From: Clostridiales bacterium UBA929
GTDB lineage: Bacteria > Bacillota > Clostridia > Oscillospirales > UBA929
NCBI GenBank assembly: GCA_002293625.1
Contig: DBDP01000062.1
Location: forward strand, 25,376 to 69,611
Direction of reading: 5' to 3'
DNA: 44,236 bases
The stretch's first letter is position 1. Every line of letters begins with the position of its first letter. The notes under the pieces were generated by a model that did not search any database, was not told the DNA's origin, and saw only the letters and a list, made by a program, of their open reading frames with translations. The position numbers were made by a program, and so were the translations under genes. Below are positions 1-8,325 of this stretch, one piece after another.

Positions 1-300
1 GTGCCGAGAATCGAGATTTACGGCTCGGACGGTACTTTGAGCGTCCCCGATCCGAACACATTTGGAGGTCCGGTTTTGCTGTATACGCCGGAGAGCAAAG
101 AATTCCGCGAGGTACCGCTGGCTTTCGGTTACGCAGAAAACAGCCGGGGACTCGGTATCGCCGACCTGGCGGCGCACCTTGAGACGGGTTCGCCCTTCCG
201 CGCCTCAGGAGCGCAGACCCTGCATGTTTTAGAAGTTATGACGGGGTTTGCACGCGCTTATGAGAGCCGGGCGTTTTGTGATATTCAATCAAAGGTGTGA
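1..300 (+). CDS. Gfo/Idh/MocA-family oxidoreductase, C-terminal fragment (start lies upstream of the window)
   Basis: The frame is open from base 1 to the stop at 298-300. The 99-aa tail (GSDGTLSVPDPNTFGGPV...) resembles the C-terminal domain of this family. Recognised from memory only. Confidence 0.55.
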   Translation: MPRIEIYGSDGTLSVPDPNTFGGPVLLYTPESKEFREVPLAFGYAENSRGLGIADLAAHLETGSPFRASGAQTLHVLEVMTGFARAYESRAFCDIQSKV

Positions 301-304
301 CACT

Positions 305-323
305 CCCCTTCTGACGGAAGGGG
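305..323. terminator. GC-rich hairpin between convergent genes, followed by CTAC at 325-328
   Basis: CCCCTTC (305-311) pairs with GAAGGGG (317-323) around a 5-nt loop. There is no clear U-tract. It may belong to the GTAG/CTAC hairpin family. Confidence 0.4.
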
Positions 324-334
324 GCTACGAATTT

Positions 335-715
335 CTACAGTGAATAACTCCCTTGGTTCACTTGTTTTGAGCGAATCTTTCTGGCCTGTTCGGGCGCTTT
401 GCCGAGCAGGCTTTTGCATGACCGGATACAGCCGCGAAGCCCCATCATACCGCAGGTCACAATCAGAGAGTAGGTTTTGATGCCGGAACCGTACTGTTTC
501 AAATACAGCTTCATCGGCTCGGCAAGTGAGAATGCCCAGACAGGCGAAAGCAGGACGACACGGTCATATTCGCTTGGGTCTTTGTCCGCCCGTACCGTCT
601 TTGCGGTCTCATCGTAGGCGATACTGTCCAAATCGCAACCCGTCTTCTCCGCGACGGCCTCGGCTACCATCTTTGTCGTGCCGGTTTTGGAATAATACAC
701 AGCCAGTGTTTTCAT
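335..715 (-). CDS. Flavodoxin-like protein
   Basis: I trimmed the track ORF 335..889 to the internal ATG at 713-715, which is preceded by AAAGGAG. The N-terminus MKTLAVYYSKTGTTK matches the flavodoxin FMN phosphate loop (S/T-x-T-G-x-T). The discarded 58-aa extension runs through the repeat cluster and is Arg/Gly-rich. Confidence 0.75.
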   Translation of the reverse strand: MKTLAVYYSKTGTTKMVAEAVAEKTGCDLDSIAYDETAKTVRADKDPSEYDRVVLLSPVWAFSLAEPMKLYLKQYGSGIKTYSLIVTCGMMGLRGCIRSCKSLLGKAPEQARKIRSKQVNQGSYSL

Positions 716-742
716 GTGGATTTCTCCTTTATGGCAAAATAT

Positions 743-902
743 GTAGGGCGTGACGCCCTCGTCACGCCGCGAGGGCGCACGTTGGTTTTGACCCTGTAGG
801 GACGACCGCCCTCGGTCGTCCGTGGTATTTGCGGACGCGCAATGCGCGCCCCTATGGTAGGCAAAACCAAATCGCCCGCGGGCGAACAAAGTTCGCCCCT
901 AC
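743..902. repeat. Cluster of four GTAG/CTAC-flanked GC-rich hairpins (BIME-like: two forward, two inverted)
   Basis: Unit 743-768: GTAG GGCGTGAC GCCCTC GTCACGCC. Unit 796-821: GTAG GGACGACC GCCCTC GGTCGTCC. Unit 833-855: GGACGCGC AAT GCGCGCCC CTAT. Unit 880-902: GGGCGAAC AAA GTTCGCCC CTAC. Confidence 0.7.
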
Positions 903-1705
903 CGGAAAAATTCCCGAAAATTCTTCGCGAGAATTTTCTCGCGCTGTTCGCGTGTGAGACCCAGCTTGAAAAACAGTTCCAGTTCCGCGCCGTAATCCCA
1001 TACCGGGTAATCCGTGCCGAAAAAGCACTTATCCACGCCGAGAGAGAGAATCTGCCGCGTCGCCTGCTCGGTTGACAAAATCTGAAACGCGCTGCACGTA
1101 TCAAAGCGGACATTGTCATGCCGCAGCAGTTCCCGTGCTTCGTCCCACATTTCCCAGCCGCCGAGATGGGCGGCAATCACGGTCAGTTTTGGGAAATCCT
1201 CCAGCACCGTCTTTAACCTTTGGGGACGGGAAAAATCGTAACGCGCGTCGCCCATGTGTATCAAGATGGGCAGGACACCCTGCGCCGCTTCGTAGATGGG
1301 GTAAATAGAGCGGTCATCGATATGAAAACGCTGGAAGTCCGGGTGTAATTTTATCCCGCGGAGTCCCAGAGTACGAATCTGTTCGATAGCGGCGGCGGGA
1401 TCTTCCGTTCCCGGGTGAAGCGCGCCAAACCCGGTAAACTCCGGATGTTCCGCGCATTGAGCCGCGATAAAAGCGTTGATACTCGGTACCTGCTCCGGGA
1501 TAGTCGCGACCGAACAGACTAAAAATCCGCTGACACCGTACTCGGAACCGACCGAAAGCAGTTTTTCCACACTGCCTTCACGGTACCGCGCGGTCATATT
1601 GTAAAAATTCCCGATGCTCTCGGCGGCTTTTGCTGCGATTTTATCGGGGTAAATATGCGCGTGGGCATCTATGATTTCAAATTCCGCCGTCAGCTCCGAT
1701 AACAT
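899..1705 (-). CDS. Amidohydrolase-family metal-dependent hydrolase (TIM barrel)
   Basis: 268 aa. The N-terminal IIDAHAHIYP carries the HxH metal motif, and later HMGD, AAHLGG and GTDYP segments are typical of amidohydrolase-2-like proteins. The start overlaps the pheA stop by 16 nt. Confidence 0.8.
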   Translation of the reverse strand: MLSELTAEFEIIDAHAHIYPDKIAAKAAESIGNFYNMTARYREGSVEKLLSVGSEYGVSGFLVCSVATIPEQVPSINAFIAAQCAEHPEFTGFGALHPGTEDPAAAIEQIRTLGLRGIKLHPDFQRFHIDDRSIYPIYEAAQGVLPILIHMGDARYDFSRPQRLKTVLEDFPKLTVIAAHLGGWEMWDEARELLRHDNVRFDTCSAFQILSTEQATRQILSLGVDKCFFGTDYPVWDYGAELELFFKLGLTREQREKILAKNFREFFR

Positions 1706-2802
1706 CCCAGCACCTCGAAGTATTCACAGAGTGCGGCCGCTTGATTCAACGCGGAAAGCGTCCGTTCGTCACCGATATTGGATTGAAGGTCGGTAAAGAA
1801 GCGGTATTTCCCGTTTCCTGCGGGACGGGACTCGATGCGGGTGAGGTTGACGCCCGCCGCCATAAAGGTTTCCAGCACGCGGCAGAGCGCGCCGCTTTTA
1901 TGCGCCGTGGAGAATGTGACGCTGACGGTGTTGCTTTCTTCGTCGTACCATGGTTCCTTCGCAATGGCGATGAAGCGTGTCTTATTGTCCGCGCTGTCCA
2001 TAATGTCCGGCGCGAGGATCGTAAGCCCGTATCGTTCGGCGGCGCGGCGCGATCCTATGGCGGCGGCACGTTTATCGCTTCGTCCGGCGACCGTTTCCGC
2101 GGCAACCGCTGTGTTGGTGCAGACGGTATTGTCCCACGCGAATTTCTTGAGGTACAGATGGCACTGGCGGAAGCCTTCGGGATGGGACAGCACTTCCCGA
2201 ACGTCCTCCAGCTTGGTGTCCGGCTTCGCCATTAGGCACTGACGTATTTCAACCCATGTCTGACCGACGATGTAACAGCCGTGCCGGCGCAGCAAATCAT
2301 ACACTTCTCCGATTGCGCCCGTCCGCGAGTTTTCGATCGGCAGTACGCCCCAACCGATCTCGTTTTGCGTAACCGCTCCGAATACATCCTCGAAATACGG
2401 GTAATTCCGCAGCTCGCATTGCGGATAGAGCGTCTCCGCGGCGATTTCTCCCCACGCTCCCGCGACACCCTGATATCCGGCAACGGTATGCTCCCGCTTT
2501 TCGGGTTTTGGGAACACGACGGTATCGGAGCCGGTCAGGCGCAACTTTTGCCTGCGCCGCGAGGAGGCGATTAAGGAGGACATGAGAGCGACCGCGTCGC
2601 CGGATAGGTCTTCGGGAACCGCCGCGGCGGCTCTCGCGAGAACCTCCTGTTCCCTACCCTCGTCCATGATGCCTAAATTTCCGCTTCTTTTTATATCCGC
2701 GATTTTTTCGGCCTGCTTCATGCGTTCGCAAAAGAGCGGCAGAAGTTCTTTATCTATCCTGTCTATTTCGGCGCGCGCCGCGGCTAAATCGTCTTTTATC
2801 AT
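1690..2802 (-). CDS. pheA: Bifunctional chorismate mutase / prephenate dehydratase (P-protein)
   Basis: It has an N-terminal chorismate mutase helix (RAEIDRIDKELLPLFCERM), a prephenate dehydratase core with a TRF motif (NKTRFIAI) and a C-terminal ACT-like region. I chose the ATG at 2800-2802 (GAGGGA 6 nt upstream) over the track's TTG at 2820. Confidence 0.9.
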   Translation of the reverse strand: MIKDDLAAARAEIDRIDKELLPLFCERMKQAEKIADIKRSGNLGIMDEGREQEVLARAAAAVPEDLSGDAVALMSSLIASSRRRQKLRLTGSDTVVFPKPEKREHTVAGYQGVAGAWGEIAAETLYPQCELRNYPYFEDVFGAVTQNEIGWGVLPIENSRTGAIGEVYDLLRRHGCYIVGQTWVEIRQCLMAKPDTKLEDVREVLSHPEGFRQCHLYLKKFAWDNTVCTNTAVAAETVAGRSDKRAAAIGSRRAAERYGLTILAPDIMDSADNKTRFIAIAKEPWYDEESNTVSVTFSTAHKSGALCRVLETFMAAGVNLTRIESRPAGNGKYRFFTDLQSNIGDERTLSALNQAAALCEYFEVLGCYRS

Positions 2803-2816
2803 TTGCAATCCCTCGT

Positions 2817-3827
2817 TCAATCAGCTTTTACGGCTTCCGCAACACGGTTAATCCGCCCCATTAAGTCGTGGAAAACATGCGGGGTGATCGACTGCGCGCC
2901 GTCGCACAGCGCCGTTTCGGGGCTGTTGTGTACCTCGATAATCAGTCCGTCCGCACCCGACGCCACGGCGGCCAGCGCCATTGAGGGTACGAGCGCCCAG
3001 CGTCCTGTCGCGTGGGACGGGTCGACGATAATCGGCAGATGGGTTTTTTCCTTCAACACGGGCACCGCGGAGAGATCCAAGGTGTTGCGCGTCGCGGTTT
3101 CAAAGGTGCGTATCCCGCGCTCACAGAGCATAACGTCTTTGCAGCCCGCCGCCATCACGTATTCCGCCGCCATCAGCAGTTCCTCAATCGTGGACGACAG
3201 CCCGCGCTTTAACAGGACGGGCTTTTTCAGCCCGCCGACCTCGCGGAGAAGGGTGAAATTCTGCATATTCCGCGCGCCGATTTGAATAACGTCCACGTCC
3301 CGCGCGAAAGCATCTAAGTATTCCGTGGACATCAGCTCGGTCACGATCGGCAGACCCGTTTTCCGCCGCGCGACGACCAAAAGTTCCAATCCGTCCAAAC
3401 CCAGACCTTGAAACGCGTAGGGTGAGGAGCGCGGCTTGAACGCTCCGCCCCGCAAGAAGGTTGCGCCGGAGCGTTTGATCTCCTGCGCGACCGAGAGAAT
3501 CTGTTCCTCGCTTTCCACCGAACAAGGACCCGCCATAACGGCGAAGTGTCCGCCGCCGAGCTTTGATCCCCGGCTTTCAACGATGGTGTTGTCGGGATGA
3601 AAGCGCCGCCCCGCGAGCTTATACGGCTCCTGCACCTTCATCACGCGCTCGACACAGGCGAAGCGCTCGATCGACTCGCGCGGAATCGCGGAGGTATCGC
3701 CCGCAAGCCCGATCATGCTGGTGTTTTCGCCCGTAATATCTTGGACGATGACGTTAAACCGGTTTATGGCGGAGTGTATCGCTTGTATTTCCGCTTGTGA
3801 AGCCTCCGGCTTTAAGATAATGATCAT
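2817..3827 (-). CDS. aroF: 3-deoxy-7-phosphoheptulonate (DAHP) synthase, type I-beta with N-terminal ferredoxin-like regulatory domain
   Basis: 336 aa. The MIIILKPE... regulatory domain is followed by a KDO8PS-like barrel (GPCSVES, KPRSSPY, DPSH). GGGGAG lies upstream of the ATG at 3825-3827. Confidence 0.9.
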   Translation of the reverse strand: MIIILKPEASQAEIQAIHSAINRFNVIVQDITGENTSMIGLAGDTSAIPRESIERFACVERVMKVQEPYKLAGRRFHPDNTIVESRGSKLGGGHFAVMAGPCSVESEEQILSVAQEIKRSGATFLRGGAFKPRSSPYAFQGLGLDGLELLVVARRKTGLPIVTELMSTEYLDAFARDVDVIQIGARNMQNFTLLREVGGLKKPVLLKRGLSSTIEELLMAAEYVMAAGCKDVMLCERGIRTFETATRNTLDLSAVPVLKEKTHLPIIVDPSHATGRWALVPSMALAAVASGADGLIIEVHNSPETALCDGAQSITPHVFHDLMGRINRVAEAVKAD

Positions 3828-3895
3828 AGATGATCTCCCCTTCCGATGCGGTCAGAAATATCAATCAAGTATAACACACCCGCACAGCAAAAGGC

Positions 3896-3925
3896 AAGAA
3901 AAAAAATGGGAGGGTCACCCCTCCC
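3896..3925 (-). terminator. Rho-independent terminator of the 3947..4450 gene
   Basis: GGGAGGG (3908-3914) pairs with CCCTCCC (3919-3925) around a 4-nt loop. On the minus strand it is followed by a run of about 8 T. Confidence 0.7.
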
Positions 3926-3946
3926 GACCTTCCCGAAAACAGCTTA

Positions 3947-4450
3947 TTAAGGTTTTTGCAGCGCCTTTACAATCTCCCCGACATAAACGCGGTGCAGATC
4001 ACGCGCAGGATACATGGTTTCCATAATTCCGCCGCCGTCGAGGAAACAGTCTTCGCGCAAATCTTGACGGTAGAGCTTTTTGCAAATGAGCGCCGTCGTA
4101 GCTTCCTGATAGTAAGGGGCTTTTTCTAAATAGACCGGCGTAAGTCCCGCCTCCTTCGGTTTATCATGTTCCCGCCCCGACACACTGCCGCAGAGATTCA
4201 GCGCCGCTCTGTATTTCTCTTCAAAGAAGCAGAGCGAAAAGTATTCTTCGCGCTCGGCGAACTCGAAGGTGTACCGTTGCGGACGTATGTAAACGGTAGC
4301 CACATTGCGCCCCCATAGCACGCCGAACCCACCCCAGCTTGCCGTCATGGTGTTGTGTTTAACTTCATTTCCGGCGGTAATCAGCATCCACTCGCTTCCG
4401 ATGGCGGTAAAAGGGTTGAACGTCAACGAATCCAAATGAAACTCTTTCAT
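3947..4450 (-). CDS. Flavin reductase-like (FMN-binding split-barrel) protein
   Basis: 167 aa. The segment FNPFTAIGSEWMLITAG...NTMTASWGGFGVLWGRNV is typical of the flavin reductase-like domain family. The start lies 2 nt after the upstream stop, so the genes are probably co-transcribed. Confidence 0.7.
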   Translation of the reverse strand: MKEFHLDSLTFNPFTAIGSEWMLITAGNEVKHNTMTASWGGFGVLWGRNVATVYIRPQRYTFEFAEREEYFSLCFFEEKYRAALNLCGSVSGREHDKPKEAGLTPVYLEKAPYYQEATTALICKKLYRQDLREDCFLDGGGIMETMYPARDLHRVYVGEIVKALQKP

Positions 4451-4452
4451 GG

Positions 4453-5142
4453 TTAATTCCCCGTCGGAATAAACGGAATAAGCACTTCGGCCAGTGATTG
4501 GATGTTACGGGTTTGGATCAGAACCGTTCCGTTCCCGTGGAACTCGTTGACAAGACCCTCACCGGACTTGAAGCCAAACACGCCGGAAGCTACCTTAATG
4601 TCGTAATTAAGTGTTGAACTCCACGCGACGACGTGCGAATTGTCCACCACGAGGGAGTCTTTTACAGAAATCTCTAAAATGTCGCCATAACTGTTTACAA
4701 GCATGGTCCCCGTGCCGCGCGTTTCCATGATGAAGAAGCCGCCGGTTCCGCCAAACAAGGCTTTCCCGAAAGATTGACGCTTCATCTCGTAGGAGCATTC
4801 GGCGTCGCACGCGAGAAAAGCCGCGTCGCGGATCCGCCACTGCTCCGCGCCCAGCTTCAATTCGCGGATCATGCCCGGCACGGCGGGCGCAATCGCGAGT
4901 ATCGCCCCGTCGTTCAAGCCCTTCGCCCGTGTGATAAAGAAGCTCTCGCCGCTGGTTACCGAGCGTCCCACGGCTTTCAAAAGACCGCCGAAACCGCCGC
5001 TGCTGCTGTTCATTTTCCCAGTAAGCTCCACGCCGCCCATATGGTAGGCCATGCAGCCGCGCTCAATCTGAACTTCCTCCCCGCGGGAAAGCGTGATTTC
5101 CGCCAACGGGAACGCCGTACTCTGCGTGATTCTGTAATTCAT
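4453..5142 (-). CDS. AIM24 / TIGR00266-family protein (function unknown)
   Basis: I trimmed the track ORF to the ATG at 5140-5142 (AAAGGA upstream). MNYRI...EITLSRGEEVQIERGCMAYH...GESFFIT...VVDNSHVVAWS...GEGLVNEFHGNGTVLIQT matches my memory of the family. Confidence 0.75.
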   Translation of the reverse strand: MNYRITQSTAFPLAEITLSRGEEVQIERGCMAYHMGGVELTGKMNSSSGGFGGLLKAVGRSVTSGESFFITRAKGLNDGAILAIAPAVPGMIRELKLGAEQWRIRDAAFLACDAECSYEMKRQSFGKALFGGTGGFFIMETRGTGTMLVNSYGDILEISVKDSLVVDNSHVVAWSSTLNYDIKVASGVFGFKSGEGLVNEFHGNGTVLIQTRNIQSLAEVLIPFIPTGN

Positions 5143-5248
5143 GTATGTACGTCCTTTCTGCTTAGAATAGTAACAATAGTATACCGTATCCACCAAAATA
5201 ATGCAAACAAAAATTTCCGTTTTTTACATTTCCAAAGCTCGTCGAGGC

Positions 5249-5277
5249 TTGACAAAAACGAAGCTATCGCTTATAAT
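5249..5277 (+). promoter_or_regulatory. Consensus sigma-A-type promoter for gdh
   Basis: TTGACA (5249-5254), a 17-nt spacer, then TATAAT (5272-5277). GGAGG at 5311-5315 sits 8 nt before the ATG at 5324. Confidence 0.7.
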
Positions 5278-5323
5278 AAGAATGCCTTTTTTAGGTAAAC
5301 TTTGTGGTACGGAGGAATATACA

Positions 5324-6601
5324 ATGGCGTATAACCCTTACACAAACGCACAGGAACAATTTGACAAAGCGGCGGATATCATCGGGCTGGAGCAAGCAGC
5401 CCGCGATTTGCTGCGCGAGCCGATGAAGGAGTTTCATTTCACCATCCCGGTGAAAATGGACGACGGCTCCACAAAGGTATTCAGAGCATTCCGCGTCAAG
5501 CACAACGATGCGCGGGGCCCCGCGAAAGGCGGACTGCGTTTCCATCCCCATGAAACCGCTGACACGGTACGCGCGCTTTCCATGTGGATGACATGGAAAT
5601 GCGCCGTGGTGGACATCCCTCTCGGTGGCGGCAAAGGCGGCGTCATCTGCGATCCGCGTGTCATGTCTCAAGGCGAACAGGAGCGCCTGTGCCGCGGATT
5701 CATCCGGCAGTCATTCTCCCAGCTCGGTCCCAATATTGACGTACCCGCGCCCGATGTCATGACGAACGGCCAGCACATGCTGTGGATGATGGACGAGTAC
5801 GAAACCCTCGCGGGCGGGCGTTATCCCGGCGTCATCACGGGTAAGCCGGTCGGCTCGGGCGGTTCGCTCGGACGCACCGAAGCTACCGGTTACGGCGTCG
5901 TATACGCTCTTCAAGACCTGCTGAAAAACGAAAATATGAACATACACGGCGCGACGGCCAGCATTCAAGGCTTCGGGAATGTCGGCGAGTACGCCGCGCG
6001 GCTGTTTGAGGAATTGGGCGGCAAAGTGATTTGCGTGTCCTGTTACGATCAGGCGGACAAGACCTCCTATACCTTCCGTAAAAAGACAGGTTGCAACATA
6101 CAAGAGCTTGCGGGCATCAAAGATACCTTCGGCAGCATCGACAAAGACAAAGCGAAGGCTCTCGGCTACGAAATGCTTCCGGGCGGCGCTTGGCTCTCTG
6201 AGGAAGTAGACATCCTCATTCCGGCGGCTCTCGAAAACCAAATTACGCCGGAGACGTTTTCGCAGGTATCAAAGAAGGTTCGCGTTATCTGCGAAGCCGC
6301 GAACGGACCCACCACACCCGACTGCGACCCCCTCATCAAAGACAGGGGTATTCTGCTTATCCCCGACTTCCTCGCGAATGCCGGCGGCGTGACGGTGAGC
6401 TATTTTGAGCAGGTGCAATGCAACATGAACTATTTTTGGAGCAAGGAAGAGGTTCTCGAGAAACTCCGCTTCGCTATGTCCGGCGCGTTCGGCGGCGTTT
6501 ACGAACTCGCGAAAGAACGCAATCTGTACCTGCGCGACGCGGCGTATGTGATCGCGATCGAACGGGTGGAGAAAGCAGTGCGCCTACGCGGCTGGATCTG
6601 A
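5324..6601 (+). CDS. gdh: Glutamate dehydrogenase (Glu/Leu/Phe/Val dehydrogenase family)
   Basis: 425 aa from the ATG at 5324. It has the catalytic Lys motif PLGGGKGGV and the dinucleotide fold IQGFGNVG. The track's 41-aa N-terminal extension overlaps the promoter and was rejected. Confidence 0.95.
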   Translation: MAYNPYTNAQEQFDKAADIIGLEQAARDLLREPMKEFHFTIPVKMDDGSTKVFRAFRVKHNDARGPAKGGLRFHPHETADTVRALSMWMTWKCAVVDIPLGGGKGGVICDPRVMSQGEQERLCRGFIRQSFSQLGPNIDVPAPDVMTNGQHMLWMMDEYETLAGGRYPGVITGKPVGSGGSLGRTEATGYGVVYALQDLLKNENMNIHGATASIQGFGNVGEYAARLFEELGGKVICVSCYDQADKTSYTFRKKTGCNIQELAGIKDTFGSIDKDKAKALGYEMLPGGAWLSEEVDILIPAALENQITPETFSQVSKKVRVICEAANGPTTPDCDPLIKDRGILLIPDFLANAGGVTVSYFEQVQCNMNYFWSKEEVLEKLRFAMSGAFGGVYELAKERNLYLRDAAYVIAIERVEKAVRLRGWI

Positions 6602-6612
6602 AACAGATAGCA

Positions 6613-6671
6613 GTAGGAGCGATTCACGAATCGCCCCTGCAACGCGGACGGCCGAGGGCGGTCGTCCCTAT
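6613..6671. repeat. Inverted pair of GTAG/CTAT-flanked hairpins (BIME-like)
   Basis: Unit 6613-6637: GTAG GAGCGATTC AC GAATCGCCCC. Unit 6646-6671: GGACGGCC GAGGGC GGTCGTCC CTAT, which is the reverse complement of the 796-821 unit type. Confidence 0.65.
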
Positions 6672-6675
6672 ACAA

Positions 6676-6714
6676 GACCCCCTTCTATTCAAAACGAAGG
6701 GGGTCTGACTTTTT
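6676..6714 (+). terminator. Rho-independent terminator of gdh
   Basis: GACCCCCTTC (6676-6685) pairs with GAAGGGGGTC (6696-6705), followed by TGACTTTTT. Confidence 0.8.
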
Positions 6715-6781
6715 CGGGCATGAATTGCAAGGCTTTCTTGCCTCGGACGTGGTACGATTGTTGATGAAGGGGGGAAATTAT

Positions 6782-7186
6782 ATGGAATGGCTTGAAAGCA
6801 TGAACGCGGCGGTGGACTATATCGAATCTCATCTCACGGACGACATTTCTTATGAGCGAGCGGCGCGGCTCGCCTGCTGCTCGGCGTATCATTTTCAACG
6901 GATGTTTTCTTATATAACGGGCGTGCCGTTATCGGAGTATATCCGGCGCAGACGGCTGACATTGGCCGCGTTTGAACTGCAAAGCAACCGCGTCAAGGTC
7001 ATTGACACGGCATTGAAATACGGCTATGAATCGCCGGAAGTGTTCAGCCGCGCGTTCAGAAAAATGCACGGCATCATGCCCGTATCCGCGCGCGTTGCGG
7101 GTGTTTCGTTCAAAGCCTATCCGCGTATGACCTTCCATATCACGAAAGCCACAAGAACATTTTCGGGGAAATATGGGTTCCGATAA
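6782..7186 (+). pseudogene. AraC-family regulator remnant: intact HTH domain, GyrI-like effector domain almost entirely deleted
   Basis: 134 aa from the ATG at 6782. The HTH is typical of AraC/GyrI-like regulators ([18 protein letters not shown]...YHFQRMFS...[15 protein letters not shown]). The protein stops about 20 aa after [10 protein letters not shown], where the roughly 150-aa effector domain should begin. A family-like C-terminal peptide, GEIWVPIK, sits in another frame at 7165-7188. Confidence 0.6.
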
Positions 7187-7244
7187 AGATGGCTTAGAAT
7201 CCTGTAATCCCTGTGTTCTGCCGCCATTCCCGCGAATGCAAATA

Positions 7245-7273
7245 CCCCGTGTTCGCCGAAAGCGAACACGGGG
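7245..7273. terminator. Bidirectional terminator hairpin between convergent genes
   Basis: A 12-bp stem, CCCCGTGTTCGC (7245-7256) with GCGAACACGGGG (7262-7273), encloses the loop CGAAA. On the minus strand it is followed by TATTTGCATT. Confidence 0.7.
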
Positions 7274-7278
7274 TGTAC

Positions 7279-8325
7279 TTATACCGTAAACTGCACTGTC
7301 GCTGGGGAACCCTGCCATCTGTCTCCGTCGGAACGGTAATAGGTTCTCGTGACGTTGCCGTCTGTACTTGTGTAGTCGATGACAAAAACCTGCCCCGTTT
7401 CTATCGGCATCGGGTAATTGTTGTAAGGCAGTACATCCCCCGTTTTTGGGCGGTCTTTGAAATCATCGAATGCGTCTTCCAAACGCCAAAACTCCCGATA
7501 CGCGTAGTCATTGAACCCGGCTAAATCCTGCTGCCCGAAGTATAGCGCTTCGTAACGCTTCTCGTTCACTTCGATCTCGTCTGTGCGGGACGGCTCAACC
7601 CCATCGCGAATCCAAGAAAGATCTTCCGAACGCGCTTGAACGCCGTACCGCTCTTTCAACCGGTTTGCCATACACGGGACGTTGCCGGTGGTGTCTTTCG
7701 CGTCCAAACCCGTATGCGCCGTTCCGTAAATGCCCATGACGTCTTCTCCGTCCAGTAAATCAAAGTGGCGGATAAAGTTATCCGTCATTTTATTTTCGCG
7801 GTAAACGGCGTCGGCGCGTTCGTAATATTCCCGGCCTTGGTCAATAGCTTCTTGCGTAAGTACGTATCGTTCATCCGTCTCGCTCAGGGTTTCCAAGAAC
7901 CGTTTGCCGGTGGTTTCATATTGATGCCCGACGTCCGTGCCGTGGAAAACCGTCTTTGGGCATTCGTCTTTAATCCGCATAAAAAAATCCTTCATAGCGG
8001 GAACATGCGCCGCCGTCCCGTCCAAATCGTCGTATACGGCATCCAAAATCTCGTCGCCCCCGTCGCGCATCCACATATTCAGATACTCGGCGGTGTAATA
8101 CGGGTACTCGATAAACAAGTGGCGCATTCCGTCGTTTTGGTAGTATTCACGCCATATCTCAAACTCTTTATCAAAAATCGCTGCTACGCCGTGCTGCTCC
8201 CCGTACAGAAATATTTGCCCGGTGGACGGATCGCCGTAATCGGGGCTGTTTGCGCAAGCGGCCAGCCCCAGTAATAGGGTGACCGCAAGGATGAGTGTAT
8301 TCTTACGCCTCAGCTGTATCTTCAC
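7279..8325 (-). CDS. Lipoprotein of unknown function; possible Tiki/TraB/ChaN/erythromycin-esterase superfamily member
   Basis: It uses a GTG start at 8323-8325 with AGGAGG 5 nt upstream. The signal peptide carries a lipobox (LLLGLAAC). Two GxxH motifs are present (YGEQHG and YGTAHTG). The start overlaps the yesL-like stop by 23 nt. Confidence 0.75.
   Translation of the reverse strand: MKIQLRRKNTLILAVTLLLGLAACANSPDYGDPSTGQIFLYGEQHGVAAIFDKEFEIWREYYQNDGMRHLFIEYPYYTAEYLNMWMRDGGDEILDAVYDDLDGTAAHVPAMKDFFMRIKDECPKTVFHGTDVGHQYETTGKRFLETLSETDERYVLTQEAIDQGREYYERADAVYRENKMTDNFIRHFDLLDGEDVMGIYGTAHTGLDAKDTTGNVPCMANRLKERYGVQARSEDLSWIRDGVEPSRTDEIEVNEKRYEALYFGQQDLAGFNDYAYREFWRLEDAFDDFKDRPKTGDVLPYNNYPMPIETGQVFVIDYTSTDGNVTRTYYRSDGDRWQGSPATVQFTV

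Noticed and set aside
335-889. N-terminal extensions proposed by the ORF track: this ORF, plus 19147..19902, 32380..33483, 43307..43768, 30296..31012, 30939..31376, 12040..13461, 17484..18743, 5201..6601 and 21125..21997.
   Set aside because: In every case an internal ATG preceded by a GGAGG-like site gives a family-typical N-terminus. The extension overlaps the upstream gene, a promoter or the repeat cluster and is compositionally odd.
743-902. Whether the repeated GC-rich hairpins could be a CRISPR array.
   Set aside because: The units differ in sequence, have irregular spacing, lie in both orientations and are scattered over 36 kb in single or paired copies. No cas genes are present.
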